From the IMG/VR virus record IMGVR_UViG_3300032092_002720, positions 64,001-128,000 of that record: a stretch of 64,000 nucleotides of DNA. One strand, written 5' to 3'. Below are positions 9,320 to 19,902 of this stretch, one piece after another (the stretch's first letter is position 1; each line of letters starts with the position of its first letter). The stretch is from a virus (Duplodnaviria; Heunggongvirae; Uroviricota; Caudoviricetes). The notes under the pieces were generated by a model. The model was not told the origin of the DNA. It did not search any database and saw only the letters and a program-made list of their open reading frames with translations. The translations under genes and the position numbers were made by a program.

Positions 9320-9748
9320 ATGGTAGACAGAATAGACACACTCACTACAAGAAAGACGACGCAGCGAGAGCCTGTGTTCACTGACTTTTACAATGACTTT
9401 AATATACATCCTCAGAACAAGCGTCTTGCTCTCCATACTGACGAACAAGCCGTAAGAAGATCGATGAGAAACATCTTGTCGACCAATACCAAAGAACGTT
9501 TGTTTAATCCTGAATTTGGCGGTGGCCTTCGAAGATTCTTATTCGAAGATATCTCCGTGATGACTGCAGATTTGATTAAAGATGCTGTGACGGATTCTAT
9601 TACCAAATATGAACCACGCGCCAGAATCATCGATGTCTTAGTAATATCAAACGAGTTTGCGCATTCTTATGAAATATCGGTCTATTATGAGATAATAAAT
9701 AATGCTAACCCGCAGACACTACAGCTAACCCTTTATAGAGTAAGATAA
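9320..9748 (+). CDS. gp25: Baseplate wedge subunit gp25
   Basis: AVRRSMRNILST...ERLFNPEFG...LFE...I.KYEPR, directly before gp6. Confidence 0.92.
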   Translation: MVDRIDTLTTRKTTQREPVFTDFYNDFNIHPQNKRLALHTDEQAVRRSMRNILSTNTKERLFNPEFGGGLRRFLFEDISVMTADLIKDAVTDSITKYEPRARIIDVLVISNEFAHSYEISVYYEIINNANPQTLQLTLYRVR

Positions 9749-11625
9749 TGGCAAACTCGAGCATAGTCCTTACACAATTAGATTTCGATTCCTATAAGGA
9801 TTCGCTGAAGACATTTCTGAAATCTCAGGATAGATTTAAAGATTACGATTTCGACGGAAGTAACCTTTCGGTTCTTCTCGACGTGCTTTCGTATAACACC
9901 TATCAGAACGCGTTCTATCTGAACATGATCAGCAACGAGATGTTCCTTGACTCTGCTAAGTTGCGCGATAGTGTTGTTTCTCATGCCAAAGAATTAAACT
10001 ATCTTCCGAGATCTTTTAGATCTTCATCAGCTGTGATTAAACTTGTCATCACTTCTTCAGATGCTACAAAGAGATCGATCGTCATTCCAAAGGGTACATC
10101 GTTTACTTCGCGTGTCGATGACTTCACTTATAACTTTAGTACTACTGAAAACTATGTCATTACAAACAGAACTCCGTCAGGATCAAACTTTGTATATGAG
10201 AGCGAAGCAATTCGAGTATACGAAGGCAACTATCTTAGCGACACCTATACTGTAAACTATGATAGACCACTTGTTTATAAGATTAGTAACAAGAGAGTGG
10301 ATCTTGAAAGCTTACTAGTTACGGTCTTCGAAGATAACGGCACTACTGTTCAAACTTACAAGAGAGCAACATCACTCTTCGGCCATGACGGAAATTCAAA
10401 GGTCTTCTTCTTACAACCAGGAATTGGCGATGCATATGAGGTTGTCTTCGGTGACGGAGTAGTTGGAAGAAAGCCAAAGAACAACTCGGCAGTAATTATC
10501 GAATATCGAGTATGTACCGGCGAACTTCCAAACGGAGCATTTAAATTCATTAATACTGCTCGTATTGACAACGAACCAAATGTTGTTATTGAAACTATTA
10601 CTGCTGCTGCAGATGGCGCGGTTGCCGAAGATCTTACATCTATCAAGTATAATGCGCCGCGAGCCTTTACAACACAAGAACGCGCTGTGACTTCTGAAGA
10701 CTATGAGAACCTACTCAAAGCAAACTTCCCAGAAATCAATGCAGTTGTTGCATACGGCGGCGAAGATGCCAGTCCTCCACAATATGGTAGAATCTTCTTA
10801 TCAATCGATCTTCAAGATGTAGATGGGCTACCAAAGATCAAAGAAGCAGAATATAAGAAGTTTCTAAGATCTCGTTCTTCTGTTGCCATTGAGCCGCTAT
10901 TTGTTTCTCCTGATTATACGTATCTGTACGTCAAAACAAATATCAAATACAATATCAACTTGACAGGTTTAAATCCAGAAGATATTCGTACGAACGTTAT
11001 CGATTCTATTCTGAATCACGCTTCTGTCAACCTGAATAACTTTGGTCGTACACTACGCTACTCAAGATTTATTCGAGATATCGACGCCGCAGAAACAAGC
11101 ATTATTAGTAACGAAACTGAAGTTGAACTCGTCAAGTATCTGACTCCAGTGCTGAGTACGACAGTGACTTCTACTCCTACGTCAACTTCTGGTTCTCTTG
11201 TATCATTGGCAACTTCAGGCGTAGTGTCATCTGGCCAGAATGTAACGATTGACTTTAAAAATCCTTTAAGAAACGATGTTCCAGGTAAAGGTGCAGAGCA
11301 CTTAATCGGTGACATTCATATCGTAAGTTCTTCGACATTTACCTATAATGGTTTGGCAAACTGCCGTCTTGAAGATAACGGTGATGGTATCATGCGTATC
11401 ATCAATACTTCTGGAACACAGCACAGAACCATTCTTGATATTGGTACTGTTGACTATGATACTGGTATCATCAGAATCGACAACTTTAATATTACTAATT
11501 ATACTGGCACTTCTTTGAAAGTGTACGCTAAGCCACGCAATCTTGACATCACTTCTTCCCAGAACGTGATACTAAATATTCTTGAAAATGACGTCGACGT
11601 CACAATTGAACAGATTAGAGAATAA
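9748..11625 (+). CDS. gp6: Baseplate wedge subunit gp6
   Basis: LDFD..K.SLK.FL..Q..F.DYDF.GS.LS.LLDVL.YNT and AP..F..Q.RAVT..DY motifs. Confidence 0.95.
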   Translation: MANSSIVLTQLDFDSYKDSLKTFLKSQDRFKDYDFDGSNLSVLLDVLSYNTYQNAFYLNMISNEMFLDSAKLRDSVVSHAKELNYLPRSFRSSSAVIKLVITSSDATKRSIVIPKGTSFTSRVDDFTYNFSTTENYVITNRTPSGSNFVYESEAIRVYEGNYLSDTYTVNYDRPLVYKISNKRVDLESLLVTVFEDNGTTVQTYKRATSLFGHDGNSKVFFLQPGIGDAYEVVFGDGVVGRKPKNNSAVIIEYRVCTGELPNGAFKFINTARIDNEPNVVIETITAAADGAVAEDLTSIKYNAPRAFTTQERAVTSEDYENLLKANFPEINAVVAYGGEDASPPQYGRIFLSIDLQDVDGLPKIKEAEYKKFLRSRSSVAIEPLFVSPDYTYLYVKTNIKYNINLTGLNPEDIRTNVIDSILNHASVNLNNFGRTLRYSRFIRDIDAAETSIISNETEVELVKYLTPVLSTTVTSTPTSTSGSLVSLATSGVVSSGQNVTIDFKNPLRNDVPGKGAEHLIGDIHIVSSSTFTYNGLANCRLEDNGDGIMRIINTSGTQHRTILDIGTVDYDTGIIRIDNFNITNYTGTSLKVYAKPRNLDITSSQNVILNILENDVDVTIEQIRE

Positions 11626-14600
11626 TGAAGAATATAGAAAAAAGAATATCTCCGTTAATTCAGAGCCAATTCCCTTCTTTTTATCAAGAAGAGGGAGAGA
11701 ACTTCATTGCGTTTACTCGAGCTTACTATGAGTGGCTAGAATCGACTAACAATCCTTTGTATCATACTCGTCGACTTCCAACATACAGAGACATCGACGA
11801 TACTACAGACGACTTCATCGTCCACTTCAAAGAGAAGTATCTGAAGAACATTCAGTTTGATACTGCTACTAACAAGAAACTTCTTGTGAAGAACTCGCTC
11901 GATCTGTATCGTGCAAAAGGTACAGAACGTTCGATCGACCTCTTCTTTAAACTTGTGTATGGTACAGCCGCTGAAGTACAATATCCAGCAGAAAAGATCT
12001 TCCGCCTTTCAGACGGCGTGTACGAAAAACCAGAATATCTTGAAATCGGATACTCGATCTATAATATCGACTATGTCGGCAAGCAAGTTGTAGGACAGCT
12101 TTCAGGAGCCAAAGCTTTCGTCGAGAAGTACATTCGTAGAAGAGTCGGTAAAGGTTTCGTTAACCTACTTTATATTTCTGGAAGACAAGGCGAATTTCGC
12201 AACGGCGAAGTAATCGGTCTAAATATCAATAATGAACCCGTATTCGATATTACCAAAAGATCGAAGCTAATCGGTTCTGTAAAGAGAGTCACAGTTCAGA
12301 CACGCGGCCGAGACTTTACTGTCGGAGATATCGTAAGATTTACGAACAGCGATCGCGGTCTCGGAGGTTTAGCACGAGTAGAATCTACTAATTCTCAAAC
12401 CGGCCTTGTTGATTTTATTTTTACAGACGGCGGATATGGATACACGCTCAATACAGAATCGATCGTCTCTGAAAAAGTATTAAATCTTAATCAAATCACC
12501 GCTGATTTTACATCTGAAAACTACTATCGACTGTTTGAACGCGGTGTTCAGCCCGTAGTCAATATCGGATATAGTGCAGCCACATCAAACGTTTCAGTTG
12601 GTAATACTGTATATCGTTATGCCGCGAATGGCATGCTTGCTGCACAAGGAAGAGTGCTTGAAGTTGCTCCTACATCGAATACAAACGGCTTTATCTCTGT
12701 GTCGCACACTTCAGGCGTATTTGTTCCGTCTGCTACCTATTATACTGGAACGAATAACACCGGAACAAGCTTTACGGCTAGTACGCTGACAGACAAGTCG
12801 ATGTCTGGCAAGTTCATGAACGTACCGACAGATTATGCTGTTATTATTACTGCGCCTTCTTCTACATTTATTGTAGGCGATGTAGTACAGCAGCAAAATG
12901 CAGGATATATCACCGCTTCTGGTACAGTGGCAAATGTGATCCAGCTAGAAGGCGAAGTACAACTCACTCTTACCAATGCTCGCGGAGTTTTCAAGAACAG
13001 CAAGCGTATGGCGGACTGGGATTACAAAGTCGGAACAGGCACAATCACTACGGTTACTACTAGCAACGTAGTGACTGGAACGTCTACTGCCTTTAATAAC
13101 AACTACATTAACTCTACGCTTTATATTACGGGCAACGTGGCGGTTGGTAACGTAGTCAGTGTAATCAATTCAACTTCTCTTATACTTTCTGCAAACGCCT
13201 CGGCAAACGCGACCGGAAATGCTCATAATTACGGTTTAACGTATAAGCTTATCAAGCAAAATGACAGCGGAACATATGCGAACGTAAGTTACGTGAATCT
13301 GAATGCAGGTTTGTATGACATTAAGAAGCAAGTTCATGTCATCGAGTTTGATGAATGCTCTTCAAACAATGTTACCTTTGCGAATAACATCTACATCTAC
13401 AATAGCGCGAATGCGATTGTTGCCGAAGGTAGCGTGATCACTGCTAACTATGACACAGGATCAAACAGCGGAACATTAACATTCCTTTCTCGCAAAGGTT
13501 ACTGGAACGAAACAGATACGGTATACACAACCGCGAACGCAGACAACTTTAAAATCACATCTTATTCGCTTGATATTACAGGCGGCGACTACGTTCGTTC
13601 ATTCCCTTCGACGATCGTTGCTCCTCTCTCGAACACCACTGCAAATATCTCATCGATTAGTTTTGGAACAGGCGCAGGATTTGGTGTAGGTACGATCGGT
13701 GAAACCGAAGTCATCTTCATTGGTACTGATCTTATTGCTGCTAACAGCCAAGATACACTCGACTACAGTCGTCTTCAACTCTCTGTGACTGCGAATACTG
13801 GGTTCGATGAAGGTCAAAGAGTATATCAACAGATCCGCAAGGTTTCATTCAATCCTTCGACTGCAGCAAACGCAACGACAGGGTTTATTACTATTACAGA
13901 TGCTAATACTTACTATATTGCAGGTGAGAGTGTTACATATGAAGTTGCTGCAGGAAATACAGTAATCAGTGGACTCGAAAGCGGTAAACCTTATTACGTG
14001 GCATTCTCAAATACCACTGGACTCATTCTTTCGAGTCCTGCAAACAAATATATTCATATCAATAGCACGAGTTTCCCTGGAGAAAGCTTTGCTAATACAT
14101 CGTTTAATATTCCGGCGTTTGCTGCGACTCGCGCAAACGAATCTGGACACTATCTTTACAAGACCGCGCATGCAACATTATATGATGTGACTGGAACGAA
14201 TCTCCTTATCAAGGATCCTATTCGCGACTTTGGTTTCACAAACAATACTTCGACGCCGGCGAATAGCAATATCCTTGTATATGGCAATAATCTTGTGAAT
14301 ACTGCAATTACAGCAGTAACAGAATTATCGACTGTTGCACAAGCAAATCAAGTGTTCGCTTCGCAGTTTATCTCTGCAGATGCATTCGGATTTCCAAAAA
14401 ATCCACAAGGCAACTTACTCGACAATATGTACGCATGTCTGACGTTTGGTAGATTTGAGATCGGGATTATTGGATCACTCAATCAGATCAATCCAGGTGA
14501 AGATTATAACGTCGATCCTTTTGTTCTTGCACATCAACCATACATCTCAGGATTCGATCGTAAAGACTTTGTAATTACGTTTGAAAATGCAACGAGAAAC

Positions 14601-17468
14601 TTTGTTGCTGGAGAAATAGTAAATCAATCTCAAGCAAACCTCAAGTTCTACGATCTGAAGGTTTCTTCAGGTGCATACAGTAATACGTATGATGCCAAGA
14701 CATTTACTGTACAATCTCAGTACGAAGCCAACAGTTCATCAGAATTCATCTTCTATCGTAACATCACATCATCATTTAATCCTACAGACGAAGTCAACTC
14801 AAATACAGATTTTATTACAATCACTGGCAACGAGTTTGCAGCAAATGATCTTGTTCGTTACTTTACTGATAATGCGAACACTGCTGTAACAGGTTTATCG
14901 AACAACAGTTTCTACTACGTATTGACTTCTAACTCTACGGGTGTTACTCTTACAACTGAAGCAGCAAACACGCTTGCGAAAGTGAACATTACGCAGAGCT
15001 CAAACGTAGCAGAATTTAACTCAAATACTGACGTACAAAATAGTAATGATTTTATTCAAATCGCGACTGCGAATACATTATTTGCCAACGGCGGTCAAGT
15101 CAGATATGTCGTGACAGATGGAGTTGCCGCGGTTTCTGGTCTCGAAGCGAATGCTCTGTATTATGTTCGCTATGCAAATAGCACTGGCTTAGCACTTTCA
15201 TTGACAGCCGGTGGAGCCAACGTCGATTTAACTGCAGCAAATCCTGGAAGTAATGGGCACTTCCTCAGAAATTATAATCCTGACTTGATTGGTCATCAGC
15301 TACGTAGCTATACGAACGAGTTCGCCAATGGTCAAATCGTTCAATACAGAATTCCGAATGGCAATACTGCCATCAGCGGTTTGACAGCAAATGCTGTTTA
15401 CTATGTTGTTGCTGCGAACACCGTAGGATTTAAATTAGCTTCTACTTTAAGCGGATCTGCAATCAACATTACTGCCAACTCGACAGGCGGAGAATCACAT
15501 ACGATCGCAACTCTTCCAGGTTATCTTCCAAAGGATAAGTTGTTCCAGAATGTTGGCGGAAACATTGTCAATGCTACTGTTTCTTCAATCTTCTCGAATA
15601 CTACTGGCAATTATGTCAGAGTAACTGGAAACACTGCACCTATTACAAATAACGCTTTGCTATATTCTTATACTGTACCTACGGCAAACGGTCTTATTTC
15701 GAGCGTAAGTCTTTTCGAGATTGTATCGACTGCCAAAGCAATTGTAAAATCAAGTAATAGTTCTCAGATGCTTGCCAAGAGAATCACGTTCGAAAACACC
15801 TGGTTGCCGAATGAGCCAATGATCGGCGAAGTTTCTGGCGCCGAAGCTGATGTGATAGGCGTGACTGAAGATATCACAGAATTATATCCTATCGGTTTGA
15901 ATGCAGATATCACAGCAAACGTTGTGACATCGGATGGTGAAGTCACCGCTCTTCAAGTCATCGATTCAGGTTTTGCATATTCGAATGGCGAAATCGTTGA
16001 CTTTGTATCAGAAGACAATCTGAGAGCTGGTACTGCAAAGATGATTCTCGACGGTCATGGCATTGGAATCGGATATTATAGAAGCTCGAAAGGATTCTTG
16101 TCTGACGATATCTACGTGCACGACGGAGACTATTACCAAGAATATTCATATGAGATTCTATCAAAAATCTCGGTAGATAGATATGCTGACATGTTTAAGA
16201 AGGTCATGCACACAGCTGGAACGAAGTTCTTTGGATCTGCATTGATCATAGAAGAAGCAAATGCGGCGCTCGCGCTGTCGAGCATTTCTACAGGCCAAGA
16301 AGTACAGTTTAATTCGAATGACGACGTTTCGACTGTGAATGATACTATTCAGACAGACATCGAAGATGTCAGTTTCAAGTTTAAGGTAATGGATGTCAAC
16401 AATGATACTGATCTGATATCGTTAGGGACTAATCCTTATTATACCACACTCCCATTAAATGTACATGATTATTTACAATATACGACGTCAGAAGCACAAA
16501 CACTTGGTGTAGGAACTTCTTCGAGTCTATCGAATAACGAGTACTATTACGTAGTGTTCGCAAATACGACAGGCATCAAGATCTCTGAAACAAGAGGCGG
16601 AGATGCTCTGAATCTGAATACTGTTGCAATCAGTAATACGCTCGAGCTTCATACGCTAACGAAAGTTATTAATCCGTTTGCAAATGGTGACTTGGTGCTT
16701 TACACTACATCGAATACAGCTGTTGAAGCAAGCATTACGGGCACGTTTACTACGAATACTGGCGCAGCGGTAGATTCATTCATTCGAGTTGCAAATAATA
16801 AGTTTAGAAACAGCGATTATGTCAATGTAACATTTGATTCCGCAACGTGTAATACACAAAGCTTTAATGCAAATACTGGCATTGACTATCAGCGTGCTAA
16901 CACTGCTGCTAACACTGCTGCTAATACTGCAAATTCCTTCATCACGATCACTTCACATCCATTCACAAACGGGCAATCTGTATTGTATTATACAGATGCA
17001 GGAAACACTGCAATTTATGGATTGACTAACAATCAAATCTATTATGTAATTGAAACAACTGCTAATACATTTAAACTTGCTGTACAGTCCGGAAACACAG
17101 ATTCGATTGCTAATATTGCTGCTTCTGCTATTAGTGAAACTGGTCACTATATTCTAAGAGGATTTAGTGGTATTACAAATGCAGCTTCTTATTACGTGAT
17201 GGATGCAAACACTTCTGGCTTCAAGCTTTCTACAAACGCTTCAAGAACTAATATCATAAACTTTAAGAGCTCAAATACAGGACTTACGCTGAATCTTTCA
17301 CAGAATAAGTTGACGAATGCACAATCATATTATGTTGTAAATACTACTCCAAATACGGTGAAACTATCGTTAACCGCGAATGGAAGTCCTATAAATATAA
17401 CAGCGAATGGCAGCACTAGCGGAGACATCAACGCTGGTCACTTCTTGACAAAGACGATAGAGGAATAA
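11625..17468 (+). CDS. gp7: Baseplate wedge initiator gp7, enlarged by many inserted beta-modules
   Basis: N-terminal LI.SQFP.F......FI.F..AYYEWLE, Y.AKGT..SI.L.F.L.YG and late D..YYQEYSYEI.S......Y....KK..H.AG.K.FG. 1947 aa. Confidence 0.85.
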   Translation: MKNIEKRISPLIQSQFPSFYQEEGENFIAFTRAYYEWLESTNNPLYHTRRLPTYRDIDDTTDDFIVHFKEKYLKNIQFDTATNKKLLVKNSLDLYRAKGTERSIDLFFKLVYGTAAEVQYPAEKIFRLSDGVYEKPEYLEIGYSIYNIDYVGKQVVGQLSGAKAFVEKYIRRRVGKGFVNLLYISGRQGEFRNGEVIGLNINNEPVFDITKRSKLIGSVKRVTVQTRGRDFTVGDIVRFTNSDRGLGGLARVESTNSQTGLVDFIFTDGGYGYTLNTESIVSEKVLNLNQITADFTSENYYRLFERGVQPVVNIGYSAATSNVSVGNTVYRYAANGMLAAQGRVLEVAPTSNTNGFISVSHTSGVFVPSATYYTGTNNTGTSFTASTLTDKSMSGKFMNVPTDYAVIITAPSSTFIVGDVVQQQNAGYITASGTVANVIQLEGEVQLTLTNARGVFKNSKRMADWDYKVGTGTITTVTTSNVVTGTSTAFNNNYINSTLYITGNVAVGNVVSVINSTSLILSANASANATGNAHNYGLTYKLIKQNDSGTYANVSYVNLNAGLYDIKKQVHVIEFDECSSNNVTFANNIYIYNSANAIVAEGSVITANYDTGSNSGTLTFLSRKGYWNETDTVYTTANADNFKITSYSLDITGGDYVRSFPSTIVAPLSNTTANISSISFGTGAGFGVGTIGETEVIFIGTDLIAANSQDTLDYSRLQLSVTANTGFDEGQRVYQQIRKVSFNPSTAANATTGFITITDANTYYIAGESVTYEVAAGNTVISGLESGKPYYVAFSNTTGLILSSPANKYIHINSTSFPGESFANTSFNIPAFAATRANESGHYLYKTAHATLYDVTGTNLLIKDPIRDFGFTNNTSTPANSNILVYGNNLVNTAITAVTELSTVAQANQVFASQFISADAFGFPKNPQGNLLDNMYACLTFGRFEIGIIGSLNQINPGEDYNVDPFVLAHQPYISGFDRKDFVITFENATRNFVAGEIVNQSQANLKFYDLKVSSGAYSNTYDAKTFTVQSQYEANSSSEFIFYRNITSSFNPTDEVNSNTDFITITGNEFAANDLVRYFTDNANTAVTGLSNNSFYYVLTSNSTGVTLTTEAANTLAKVNITQSSNVAEFNSNTDVQNSNDFIQIATANTLFANGGQVRYVVTDGVAAVSGLEANALYYVRYANSTGLALSLTAGGANVDLTAANPGSNGHFLRNYNPDLIGHQLRSYTNEFANGQIVQYRIPNGNTAISGLTANAVYYVVAANTVGFKLASTLSGSAINITANSTGGESHTIATLPGYLPKDKLFQNVGGNIVNATVSSIFSNTTGNYVRVTGNTAPITNNALLYSYTVPTANGLISSVSLFEIVSTAKAIVKSSNSSQMLAKRITFENTWLPNEPMIGEVSGAEADVIGVTEDITELYPIGLNADITANVVTSDGEVTALQVIDSGFAYSNGEIVDFVSEDNLRAGTAKMILDGHGIGIGYYRSSKGFLSDDIYVHDGDYYQEYSYEILSKISVDRYADMFKKVMHTAGTKFFGSALIIEEANAALALSSISTGQEVQFNSNDDVSTVNDTIQTDIEDVSFKFKVMDVNNDTDLISLGTNPYYTTLPLNVHDYLQYTTSEAQTLGVGTSSSLSNNEYYYVVFANTTGIKISETRGGDALNLNTVAISNTLELHTLTKVINPFANGDLVLYTTSNTAVEASITGTFTTNTGAAVDSFIRVANNKFRNSDYVNVTFDSATCNTQSFNANTGIDYQRANTAANTAANTANSFITITSHPFTNGQSVLYYTDAGNTAIYGLTNNQIYYVIETTANTFKLAVQSGNTDSIANIAASAISETGHYILRGFSGITNAASYYVMDANTSGFKLSTNASRTNIINFKSSNTGLTLNLSQNKLTNAQSYYVVNTTPNTVKLSLTANGSPINITANGSTSGDINAGHFLTKTIEE
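17390..17397 (+). promoter_or_regulatory. T4-type late promoter upstream of gp8
   Basis: Exact TATAAATA 71 nt before the gp8 start, inside the end of gp7. Confidence 0.5.
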
Positions 17469-19898
17469 ATGGCAGTAACACAAAAACTCATTACGAGTAG
17501 TTTTAATGTAGCGGCAGCTGCAAACTTCATGAATAGCTTTGCTAACAATGATTACTTTGTGTATGCTGCTCGTCATATTCCTTATGCTAACAGCGACACG
17601 ATTATTCCTGTTCCGAATAATAGCATTCGTGATACAGATACGAATGTCTATGACAATATGATCTTCGCGAAGAGAATTTCTTCGGATGATGTAGTTCATA
17701 TGGCGAAAAAGAATCTATGGGAATCAAACACACATTATGCGATGTATGATCATCTTGACGGAGATCTTGAAAATAAAAACTTCTTTATCACGGTCGACGA
17801 CGATACAGAATACAACGTTTGGAAGTGCTTGTTCAACAAAAGCACTGGCACTATCAATGTAAATTCTACTGTTGCTCCTTCTCGTGTAGGCAGTGCCGCT
17901 GATCTCAATCCTGTTGAGACAGGTGACGGGTATGTATGGAAATACATGTACACCATCACAAAATCCCAGTATGAAAAGTTTGCTACTTCGCAGTACGTTC
18001 CTATCATTGCCAACACTGCGGTCATCGATGGAGCTACTCGAGGAACGATCGAAGTCATTAAGGTAGAAGATCCTGGCGCAGGCTATGACAACTACATTGC
18101 CGAAGGCACGCTCTTAACTTCAGATATTACTGTTCAGGGTATTCCGACATTCTACGGTGCACCTGCAACCGCTGTATCGATCGATGACTATTACCAAGGT
18201 TGCGTCATGAAGATGACTTCTGGAGCCGCTATCGGGGAATATCGTAGAATCGTTAACTACGAAGGTACTGCTGCTCAGAAGAAATTCATTCTCGACGCAT
18301 CGTTCCTTATTACTCCTTCAGCGGGAGACACTTACGAAGTATATCCATATGCATTCGTTTGGGGAGACGGCGAAGAATCGACTCCTGCAGAAGGAATTGT
18401 ATATATCGATGCGGCATCTACAAATTCCGTGAATAGAGTCGAGTTGCTAGCGGTAGGAGAAAACTATCGAAAGGCTGAATCATATATTTCTGAACAGCCT
18501 GTTACTATTCCACCATCTATTTTTGATGAAACGTTTATTCAGCTTCCGCCGGTTGTGTCAAGTTCTACGTACTTCGCGCCAGCATCGTTGCGTCCAATCA
18601 TTTCTCCAAAGAATGGACATGGCTCAGATCCTTACAACGAACTCTTTGCAAAAAGAATATGCATCAGCGCTAAGTTTAATAATAGCGAGAGCGGTATCGT
18701 TTCCACAGAAAATGATTTTAGGCAAGTCGGCGTAATTAAGAATCCATTGTTTACTGAAGTTGATATGAATATCAACAATGTAATTGGCCCAGGTTTTTCT
18801 GTTGGTGAGAAAGTCTATCAATATAGAAAGTTAAAGCTGCACGGCAACGTTTCAATTACAGCAGCTAGCACGACGATTGAAAAGACAGACTTCGGACTTC
18901 TTTCGACTACTGCTACTATCGTAAGCCCAGGAACTGGATACAATAGCACTGCGAATAATCAACTCGTCTTTAACAATTCTGGAACTGATGGAACAGGTGC
19001 AGCAGGCACATTTGCAAATAACGGTTCAGGAGTTATTACATCTGTTACAATTACTAATGCTGGTTCTGGATATACTTCAGCTCCTCTCGTTACGATCAAT
19101 GGAGATGCAAGTGTATCAGGATCGAATGGAGTTATTACTGTAGCTCTTAGAAATCCAGATGCTCCTACTTACAAAGATGCCTTTGAAGTTGGCGACTATG
19201 TTCTTGTCACAGATGGTTCGAACAACTACATCTCGACTGTAGCCAATGTTCCGCAAGACTATCGTATTACGACTGCGAATACAAATAGCTCGTTTACAGC
19301 AGAAGATTGCGAAGTGTCAGCTATCGTCGTAGAAGCGAGCGGTATCGTATCGTTCTCTGGATCAAGTCAAATTGAATTGTCAAATGTCGCAGGCGTATTT
19401 ACTTCTGGAAGTCGTATCATCGGAGTCGGTGGCATGTCAGGAGACACGGTCGTTCCTGTATCGGGTACGACAGCAACTATTACTGGAACGATTGAAATTA
19501 ATGATAGAAATGCGAGTGCTTTCAACTATTCTCGCCAGCTAACTCGCCTCATTGGTACATTTAGCTCTGGTGGTGTACCGTTCCTCGAAGATGAAGAGAT
19601 TAAGCAAGAGAGTCTGATTTCATATGCACAACCTCGCGGCAGAGTACACCATCTCGATGAGATCGAAGGTTCTGATATATTATGGATCAGTAACAAGTCA
19701 GGCATCTTCAATCTTGATCCTCGCGGAGTAAGAGATATCGCGGGCACAATATCTTCTGCAGAGCTTTCCCCATTATTGAATAAATACCCTGGAGACTTTG
19801 TAGTCGGTAGCGGAGAGGTTCTTTACTTAGAGAATCTTGATCCTATCGCTCGTAACGATAACAAATCAGAAATTATAAAGATAGTATTGGAGTTTTAA
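17469..19898 (+). CDS. gp8: Baseplate wedge subunit gp8 with insertions
   Basis: YNVWKCL.N, GDGYVWKYMY and C-terminal SGEVLYLEN..PI.R...KSE.IKIVLEF. Confidence 0.88.
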   Translation: MAVTQKLITSSFNVAAAANFMNSFANNDYFVYAARHIPYANSDTIIPVPNNSIRDTDTNVYDNMIFAKRISSDDVVHMAKKNLWESNTHYAMYDHLDGDLENKNFFITVDDDTEYNVWKCLFNKSTGTINVNSTVAPSRVGSAADLNPVETGDGYVWKYMYTITKSQYEKFATSQYVPIIANTAVIDGATRGTIEVIKVEDPGAGYDNYIAEGTLLTSDITVQGIPTFYGAPATAVSIDDYYQGCVMKMTSGAAIGEYRRIVNYEGTAAQKKFILDASFLITPSAGDTYEVYPYAFVWGDGEESTPAEGIVYIDAASTNSVNRVELLAVGENYRKAESYISEQPVTIPPSIFDETFIQLPPVVSSSTYFAPASLRPIISPKNGHGSDPYNELFAKRICISAKFNNSESGIVSTENDFRQVGVIKNPLFTEVDMNINNVIGPGFSVGEKVYQYRKLKLHGNVSITAASTTIEKTDFGLLSTTATIVSPGTGYNSTANNQLVFNNSGTDGTGAAGTFANNGSGVITSVTITNAGSGYTSAPLVTINGDASVSGSNGVITVALRNPDAPTYKDAFEVGDYVLVTDGSNNYISTVANVPQDYRITTANTNSSFTAEDCEVSAIVVEASGIVSFSGSSQIELSNVAGVFTSGSRIIGVGGMSGDTVVPVSGTTATITGTIEINDRNASAFNYSRQLTRLIGTFSSGGVPFLEDEEIKQESLISYAQPRGRVHHLDEIEGSDILWISNKSGIFNLDPRGVRDIAGTISSAELSPLLNKYPGDFVVGSGEVLYLENLDPIARNDNKSEIIKIVLEF

Positions 19899-19902
19899 TT
19901 AA

